Shown: piece by piece, positions 1 through 6,155 of the stretch | How the letters are laid out: each line of letters begins with the position of its first letter | Numbering within the stretch: the first letter of the stretch is position 1 | Origin: an uncultured Acidobacteriota bacterium | Lineage (GTDB): Bacteria > Acidobacteriota > Thermoanaerobaculia > Gp7-AA8 | NCBI GenBank assembly: GCA_963741955.1 | Contig: CAVUKB010000011.1 | Location: forward strand, 1-10,532 | Reading direction: 5' to 3' | DNA length: 10,532 nt | Notes under the pieces: model-generated | Told to the model about the DNA's origin: nothing | Databases searched by the model: none | Seen by the model: only the letters and a program-made list of their open reading frames with translations | Translations under genes and position numbers: made by a program

Positions 1-448
1 GCACCCGTGCGCCCGAAAGCGCACCTGAAAAGGAGGTGAGAACCCTCTCAACCAAACACTCGACTGGTTGAAAACCGAAGGCAACTGCGTCGTGGCGACA
101 CGGGGTGGAGAGCAGCCGGAGGTGACTCTGTTGGTCCGCACGCAAGGAACACGATTCGGCCGGATGTTGTGACGAGCCTGCGGGTGAGTGGCGAAGTCCA
201 GAGACCTGATGGGCGCAGACGGGAAACGGCCCTGCAGGGAAAGCCCGGGACGCGAATGAGGCACGAGTGAGCAGAAAGCGATCACGGGACGCATCAGGTG
301 GTTGGTGGCAGAACGACAGGGAAGTTCAGGTGTGGTGAATCGGGGAGATCTCGCCGCCGGGCTGACGACGGCGAGAAGTCAGAGTCTCCATAGTAGCGAG
401 GAAAGGTCGTAACGGACGAGGAGCGAAGGGAGACAGGAAGGTGGATGC

Positions 449-1328
449 GTGAAGGAAATGACGAAGGAAGAGAAACCGCGAACAGTGCGAGAGCTAGAGC
501 GTGGTGGAGAGATCCGATCCCGATGGGAATGGGTCGAAACTTCGGTATGGACCGAGCGCATGCTGGAAGCCCTGGAGAAGGGGGTGAAAGGAGGCAAGTG
601 GCATAGCCTGATCGATAAGGTGTACCGAGAAGGAAGTCTCAGAGCGGCGTGGATGCGAGTACGCGGGCGGAACGGAAGTGCAGGGGTCGACAAGATGTCG
701 ATCGAGCAGTTCGAAAAGCACGCGGACAAGCGGATCGCGCGGATGAGCGAACAACTGCGAGAGGGGAAGTTCGAACCGCGAGCGGTCAAGCGAGTCTGGA
801 TCCCGAAGGGAGGAGGGAAACTCCGCCCGTTGGGAGTGCCGACGATCATCGATCGGGTGGTGCAGACGAGCTTGCGGAACGCGATCGAGCCGATCTTCGA
901 ACGGAAGTTCGAGCCATGCAGCTACGGGTTCCGGCCCGGGCGAGGATGCAAGGATGCGCTGCGGGAAGTCACGCGACTCCTCAAACTCGGACGGACGTGG
1001 GTGGTGGACGTCGATATCGAGCAGTACTTCGACTCCATCGACCGCGAACGGCTGATGATGTTGGTTGCCGAGGAGATCGCGGACGGATCGGTCCTCCGGA
1101 TGATCCAGCAGTATCTGGATCAGGACGTGATGGAGGGGATGAAGCGGTGGCGTCCGGAAGCAGGCACGCCGCAGGGCGCGGTGATCAGTCCGTTGCTGGC
1201 AAACATCTATCTGCACCCGGTGGATGTCGCGATGAGATCGGAGGGATACGCGGTGATCCGCTATGCCGACGACATGGTCGTGATGTGCACGAGTCGGATG
1301 GAGGCAGAAAGGGCACTCGGGCGACTAG
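449..1328 (+). pseudogene. ltrA: Group II intron reverse transcriptase/maturase, N-terminal part (RT0-RT5), disrupted by IS
   Basis: Motifs SAGVDK, KRVWIPKGGGKLRPLGVPTIIDRVVQ, SYGFRPGR, VVDVDIEQYFDSI, GTPQGAVISPLLANIYL and catalytic YADD. The frame runs into the IS left end and stops at 1384. Confidence 0.93.
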
Positions 1329-1402
1329 GAGTCTGCGCGGTAGAAAACCGGTGCACGGCAAAGGAACATGATAAAAGGGTATGATTAGTAGTAACAATAA
1401 TA

Positions 1403-1418
1403 TGGTAAGATTGGGTCA
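1403..1418 (+). promoter_or_regulatory. Putative extended -10 promoter giving a leaderless transposase mRNA
   Basis: TG-G-TAAGAT (1403-1411) ends 6 nt before the ATG at 1418, in an AT-rich island. No Shine-Dalgarno sequence is visible. Confidence 0.45.
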
Positions 1419-2737
1419 TGCCGACCACGTATCGACCGTACAATCCGGAGCAGTCGCTGCTGCTTCCGCCCTCGCCATATGACTGGCTCCCTGAGGGTCA
1501 CTTGGCGCACTTCGTTTTCGACATCGTCGATCAGCTCGATCTGAGTGCATTCTACGAGCCGTACAAAGGCGACGGGAGACGGAAGCAGCCGTACGAGCCA
1601 AGGATGATGCTCAAGTTGATCATCTATTCGTACCTGACGGGAACGTTCTCCTCGCGCAAGATTGCCCGGCGGATCGATGAAGATGTCGCCGTCCGGTATC
1701 TTGCGGCCGGGAACTTTCCGTCGCATCGAACCATCTGCGACTTTCGGCTCGAGCATGTGGACGCGTTCACCTCCTTACTTGTCCAGATCATTCGGACCGC
1801 CCAAGAAACAGGGTTAGTTACGCTCGGGAGGATTGCAATCGACGGGTCGAAGGTCCGAGCGAATGCCAGTAAGCACAAGGCGATGAGCTACGATCGAATG
1901 AAGAAGGAACAAGCAAAACTCGAGAAGGAGATCGCGGACATTTTGGCCACCGCGGCGGAGGAGGATGCCCGGGAGGATGCCGAGTACGGAGTTGATCGAC
2001 GCGGGGATGAGTTGCCCGAAGAGCTCCGGCGCCGGGAGACTCGTATCCAAAAAATCAAAGAGGCACGAGAGCGACTCGAACAACGGCAGCGGGAACAGGA
2101 CACGAAGGCTGGTCGCTCCGAAGGCGACGATGATCCGGCCAGGAAGAAGGGTAAGCCATTCAAACGGAAGTTCGGCGTACCTGATGACAAAGCGCAAGAA
2201 AACTTCACCGATTCCGAGAGCCGAATCATGAAGTCCCAGGAAGGATTTCAGCAGTGCTACAACGCGCAGATCGCAGTTGATGCCTATAACCAACTCATCG
2301 TCGGATTCGAGATCACACAATCTGCGGCGGACAGCGGATCACTCCTGCCTTTGGTCGAGGTGGTCGAACAGAATTGCGAAACAACTCCCGACCAGGTTGT
2401 TGCAGACGCCGGCTACAGATCGGAAACCTCGTTCATCGAGTTGGAGCAGAAGAAGATCGATGCCTATGTTTCTCTCGGACGAGAAGGTAAAGAAGCCGCA
2501 GCTGAGACGACGCTCCCCGCGACTCTGCGGATGAAGCAGAAGTTGGACTCACCTCCAGGCAAGGCGGTCTATCGCCGGCGAAAGGCAATCGTTGAACCGG
2601 TGTTTGGCTGGGTCAAAAACGTTCTCGGCTTTCGACGATTCAGTCTCCGCGGGATGCGCAAAGTTGCCGGCGAATGGGCTCTGGTGTGCCTGGTGATCAA
2701 TCTAAAGCGAATGAGCGCTCTGGTTGCGCTCGAATAG
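1418..2737 (+). CDS. IS1182-family DDE transposase (439 aa)
   Basis: N-terminal QSLLLPPS...WLPEGHLAHFV, PYEPRMMLKLIIYSY...SSRKIAR, P-HRTICDFR, IAIDGSKVRANAS, NFTDSESRIMK, YNAQIAVD, ADAGY and YRRRKAIVEPVFGWVK..GFRRFSLRG are all typical of IS1182. Confidence 0.93.
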   Translation: MPTTYRPYNPEQSLLLPPSPYDWLPEGHLAHFVFDIVDQLDLSAFYEPYKGDGRRKQPYEPRMMLKLIIYSYLTGTFSSRKIARRIDEDVAVRYLAAGNFPSHRTICDFRLEHVDAFTSLLVQIIRTAQETGLVTLGRIAIDGSKVRANASKHKAMSYDRMKKEQAKLEKEIADILATAAEEDAREDAEYGVDRRGDELPEELRRRETRIQKIKEARERLEQRQREQDTKAGRSEGDDDPARKKGKPFKRKFGVPDDKAQENFTDSESRIMKSQEGFQQCYNAQIAVDAYNQLIVGFEITQSAADSGSLLPLVEVVEQNCETTPDQVVADAGYRSETSFIELEQKKIDAYVSLGREGKEAAAETTLPATLRMKQKLDSPPGKAVYRRRKAIVEPVFGWVKNVLGFRRFSLRGMRKVAGEWALVCLVINLKRMSALVALE

Positions 2738-2923
2738 CCGCGGCAGAGCAGTATCCAACCCCCGAAAAATCCCGCCGAACAAGTGTTTCGCGCTGCCAAC
2801 TCCCCGAGAACGGCACCATCAACCTGAAGGCGCTTCGGTGCCGCGGTTGTGCCGCTCGCGAGTGGACGTCTTACGAGATCTTCAGGAAGCGCCGAAGTTT
2901 CGTCCTACCGCGCAGACTCCTAG

Positions 2924-3372
2924 GGGAGCTGATGACGGAAAGGGGGCTGAGACTCCATCCAGTCAAGACGCGGCTCGTCGATGCGACCGAGCGCCCGGGG
3001 TTCGACTTTCTCGGATACCGATTCTTTGGGAAGCGCCGATATCCACGGCCTTCGAGCGAGAAGAAGCTGCGCGACAGCATTCGCAAGAAGACGTCGAGGA
3101 CGAGCGGGAACAGCCTGAAGGAGATTATTCGACAGGTGAACGCCACCTTGCGGGGATGGTTCGAGTACTTCAAACACAGCTCGAGCTGGGCGTTCAAGGC
3201 ACTGGATCAATGGGTGCGAATGCGAATCCGTAGCATTCTTCGCAAACGCTCGAAACGGAAGGGCGTGGGAAAAGGATCGGATCACTTCCGTTGGAAGAAT
3301 GCCTTCTTTCGGCAGCACGGTCTCTTCAGCATGCATGAGGCCCACCTGCTGCTCATTCAGTCTCGGAGATAG
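2924..3372 (+). pseudogene. ltrA: Group II intron RT/maturase, C-terminal part (RT6-RT7 and X/thumb domain, no endonuclease)
   Basis: GLRLHPVKT (RT6), GFDFLGYRF (RT7) and IRQVNATLRGWFEYFK (X domain). In frame with 449-1328 once the IS and one CTAG are removed (...ALGRLGELMTERGL...). Confidence 0.92.
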
Positions 3373-3385
3373 TCCACCGACCGGA

Positions 3386-3457
3386 GAGCCGGATGCGGGA
3401 GATCCGCACGTCCGGTTCGGAGGGAGGGGCGGAGTGATCCTCCGTCCCTACCCCTAT
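3386..3457 (+). ncRNA. Group II intron catalytic domain V and branch-point domain VI
   Basis: GAGCCGGATGCGGGAGATCCGCACGTCCGGTTC forms the DV hairpin (AGC triad, AC bulge, GAGA loop). It is followed by a GGGGCGGAG/CTCCGTCCCT stem, bulged A3450 and the AT end. Confidence 0.93.
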
Positions 3458-3459
3458 CT

Positions 3460-3487
3460 CGGAGGACCCCTTGCGCTCGGTCCTCCG
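3460..3487. other. GC-rich hairpin in the 3' exon immediately after the intron
   Basis: CGGAGGACC (3460-3468) / GGTCCTCCG (3479-3487): perfect 9-bp stem with a 10-nt loop and no U-tract. Confidence 0.5.
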
Positions 3488-3563
3488 CACTAAGTGTTTC
3501 CCCTCGGCCCTCCTCCTTCCCCCGGAAAACGACGGCAGGCTCGACCGCCGTCCGAACCACCCC

Positions 3564-3593
3564 TTGACGTCACGGGTCTCGGGGCGTTACATT
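3564..3593 (+). promoter_or_regulatory. Putative sigma70 promoter for 3654-4304
   Basis: -35 TTGACG (3564-3569), 18-nt spacer, -10 TACATT (3588-3593), about 60 nt upstream of the ATG. The TGACGTCA palindrome overlaps the -35. Confidence 0.5.
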
Positions 3594-3653
3594 CGTGGAA
3601 CCCCGGATCGCCTCATCCGGATCCGCCCGGATCATGAGGCTGGAGATTATTCG

Positions 3654-4304
3654 ATGAAGAAGAGCCGGATTGCTGTCTGGGTGGGAGCCCTCATCTTTTC
3701 GTGCGCGTCGCTGTTTGCGGCCGCGCCGCAGATCACGACTGCGGGTGTTTCGTGCATTCCGGCCAAGGGTCATCAGTTGATCACTGCCCACATCACCGGC
3801 ACGACTCCGATCATCTCCGCCCGCGTCGTCTTCCGCGCCAGCGACGAGAAAGACTGCAACTGGTCGTATGTGCAGATGCGCCACGCCCAGGGCGATCTCT
3901 GGTGGGCCGTCCTCCCGATTCCACTGAGCGCGACACCATCGGTCAACTACCGCATCACGGCCACTGACGACACCTCCGGCTCAGCTTCGACGGAACTGAT
4001 GAACACAGCCGTGAACGCGTCGTGTCCGGTTCCGACCCTGACCCCCGAGCAGTCGCGCGTCGCGCAGAACCTGGTCGTCGGTTGGACTGAAGCCGATCAG
4101 CACCAGGTCCCGTGCGGGTTCGCGTGCAGGGACATCGTCGCCGCGCTCACTCCCTCCGGCGACATGCGCCCGGTGGTCTGCAAAGTCGCGGCGGTTCCGA
4201 TCTGGCAGCCCGTCGCACTGATCGGCGCCGGTGTGGGCCTCGGCCAGATCCTCCACGAAGATCACAAAGGGAACCCTCCGGTGATCTCCCCCTCGCGTCC
4301 GTAA
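3654..4304 (+). CDS. Hypothetical secreted Cys-rich protein with C-terminal Gly-rich hydrophobic segment (216 aa)
   Basis: GGAG RBS at 3642-3645 and ATG at 3654. Signal peptide MKKSRIAVWVGALIFSCASLFA. Beta-rich middle region with several Cys. C-terminus PVALIGAGVGLGQIL...SPSRP. The TTG start at 3471 in the ORF track is likely an over-extension. Confidence 0.8.
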   Translation: MKKSRIAVWVGALIFSCASLFAAAPQITTAGVSCIPAKGHQLITAHITGTTPIISARVVFRASDEKDCNWSYVQMRHAQGDLWWAVLPIPLSATPSVNYRITATDDTSGSASTELMNTAVNASCPVPTLTPEQSRVAQNLVVGWTEADQHQVPCGFACRDIVAALTPSGDMRPVVCKVAAVPIWQPVALIGAGVGLGQILHEDHKGNPPVISPSRP

Positions 4305-4328
4305 ACGCGTCACAGATCATCGCCTTCC

Positions 4329-5997
4329 GGCGGATCCTCCGATCCCTCGCGCCGCACATGTTCCCGCCGAGGGGCGCGGATCCTCCGATCCGCCGCGAAA
4401 CTGCTTTTTGGGAAGAATTCGAACCCACCCCGCCACGCCGCTCATGTTCCCGCCGAGGGGTGCGGATCCTCCGATCTCTCGCGCCGCTCATGTTCCCGTC
4501 GAGGGGTGCGGATCCCGCGATCTCTCGCGCCGCTCATGTTCCCGCCGAGGGGCGCGGATCCTCCGATCCGCCGCGCGAATCTCGTTCGGAGCGGATCGAG
4601 AGGACGCCTGCGGCAGAAGCGCAGCCGCCCTCGCGAGAAGCCGCTCCGCGAATGACCACCGGCACGGTCATCATCGAAGACGCCACGATCGTCGCGGCAG
4701 ATCGGAGGATCTGCACCCCAAAAGAGAACGCACCGCCTTGGGAGAACGAACGTCTCCCGCCGAGGGGCGCGGATCCTCCGATCCGCCGCGCGAATCCTGT
4801 TCGAAGCGGATCGAGACGACGCTCGCGGCAGAAGCGAAGCCGCACTCGCGAGAAACCGCTCCGCGAATGACCTCAGGCACGGTCATCATCGAAGACGCCA
4901 CGATCGTCGCGGCAGATCGGAGGATCTGCACCCCCAAAGGAGAACGCACCGCCTTGGGAGAACGAACGTCTCCCGCCGAGGGGTGCGGATCCTCCGATCC
5001 GCCGCGCGAATCCTGTTCGAAGCGCATCGAGACGACGCTCGTGGCAGAAGCGCAGCCGCCCTCGCGAGAAGCCGCTCCGCGAATGACCACAGGCACGGTC
5101 ATCATCGAAGACGCCACGATCGTCGCGGCAGATCGGAGGATCTGCACCCCAAAAGAGAACGCACCCCCTTGGGAGAACGAACGTCTCCCGCCGAGGGGTG
5201 CGGATCCCGCGATCTCTCGCGCCGCTCATGTTCCCGCCGAGGGGCGCGGATCCTCCGATCCGCCGCGCGAATCTCGTTCGAAGCGAATCGAGACGACGCT
5301 CGTGGCAGAAGCGAAGCCGCCCTCGCGAGAAGCCGCTCCGCGAATGACCCCAGGTACGTTCATCATCGAAGACGCCACGATCGTCGCGGCAGATCGGAGG
5401 ATCTGCACCCCCAAAAGAGAACGCACCCCCTTGGGAGAACGAACGTCTCCCGCCGAGGAGTGCGGATCCCGCGAGGCGGGATCCGCCGCGCGAATCTCGT
5501 TCGGAGCGGATCGAGAGGACGCCTGCGGCAGAAGCGCAGCCGCCCTCGCGAGAAGCCGCTCCGCGAATGACCACCGGCACGGTCATCATCGAAGACGCCA
5601 CGATCGTCGCGGCAGATCGGAGGATCTGCACCCCAAAAGAGAACGCACCGCCTTGGGAGAACGAACGTCTCCCGCCGAGGAGTGCGGATCCTCCGATCTC
5701 TCGCGCCGCTCATGTTCCCGCCGAGGGGCGCGGATCCCGCGAGGCGGGATCCGCCGCGCGAATCCTGTTCGAAGCGGATCGAGACGACGCTCGTGGCAGA
5801 AGCGCAGCCGCCCTCGCGAGAAGCCGCTCCGCGAATGACCCCAGGCACGGTCATCATCGAAGACGCCACGATCGTCGCGGCAGATCGGAGGATCTGCACC
5901 CCAAAACAGAACGCACCCCCTTGGGAGAACGAACCTACCCGCCGCGCGAGTCGCGTTCGGAGCGGATCGAGACGACGCCCCCGGAAGAAGCGAAGCC
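4329..5997. repeat. Tandem array of REP/REPIN (BIME-like) palindromic units
   Basis: Six long units start at 4549, 4764, 4980, 5241, 5457 and 5725 (period 215-222 bp). Each is bounded by inverted arms GG(G/A)GYGCGGATCCTCCGATCCGCCGCG / CGCGGCAGATCGGAGGATCTGCACCCC. 46-bp single-arm modules occur at 4457, 4503, 5195 and 5679, with degenerate copies at both edges. Confidence 0.9.
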
Positions 5998-6155
5998 CTG
6001 CGTCCACTTCGAACTTGACCTCAAACACCGACATCGCGTGGCCCGAAGGGCGAATTCCTCGCCTGAACCGCGCGATATACCCCATATCGAGGATCGACAG
6101 CATCCGACGCGTTGGTTTACACTGCTCCGTCAAATAAGTTCGTCGGCAGGTATCG

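Larger units (their letters stand above)
1329..2919 (+). mobile_element. IS1182-family insertion sequence (1591 bp)
   Basis: Perfect 15-bp TIRs GAGTCTGCGCGGTAG (1329-1343) / CTACCGCGCAGACTC (2905-2919), flanked by CTAG direct repeats (1325-1328, 2920-2923). An alternative reading is a TA duplication with 16-bp TIRs. Single transposase ORF. Confidence 0.93.
7..3457 (+). mobile_element. Group II intron (IIB-like ribozyme, En-minus RT), interrupted by an IS1182-family element
   Basis: Canonical 5' end GTGCG at 7. DII/DIII-like motif 'gaagtcagagtctccatagtagc...gaagggagac' at ~375-435. RT ORF in DIV. DV with AGC triad at 3386-3418. DVI with bulged A at 3450 (position -8) and terminal ...CCCCTAT at 3457. 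Confidence 0.93.

Noticed and set aside
2674-3372. Independent 232-aa gene or functional split RT
   Set aside because: The first ~83 codons are IS sequence read through by chance. The internal ATG at 2932 is only 3 nt from GGAG. Best explained as the severed RT C-terminus.
3396-3446. Resemblance of intron DV/DVI (GATCCGCAC, GGAGTGATCCTCCG) to the REP core
   Set aside because: The matches are short and GC-rich, and the DV sequence is constrained by the intron consensus, so they cannot be distinguished from chance.
4329-5997. CRISPR array
   Set aside because: Sequences between repeats are near-identical rather than unique spacers, repeats alternate in orientation, the period is 215-222 bp, and no cas genes are present.
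449-5997. Diversity-generating retroelement or retron (RT + repeats)
   Set aside because: The RT has group II intron motifs, an X domain and flanking ribozyme domains. Repeat differences are not adenine-specific and there is no VR-bearing target gene.
6010-6125. Promoter for the EPS operon (TTGACC near 6015, TACACT at 6118-6123)
   Set aside because: The two elements are not correctly spaced relative to each other, and neither has a convincing partner.
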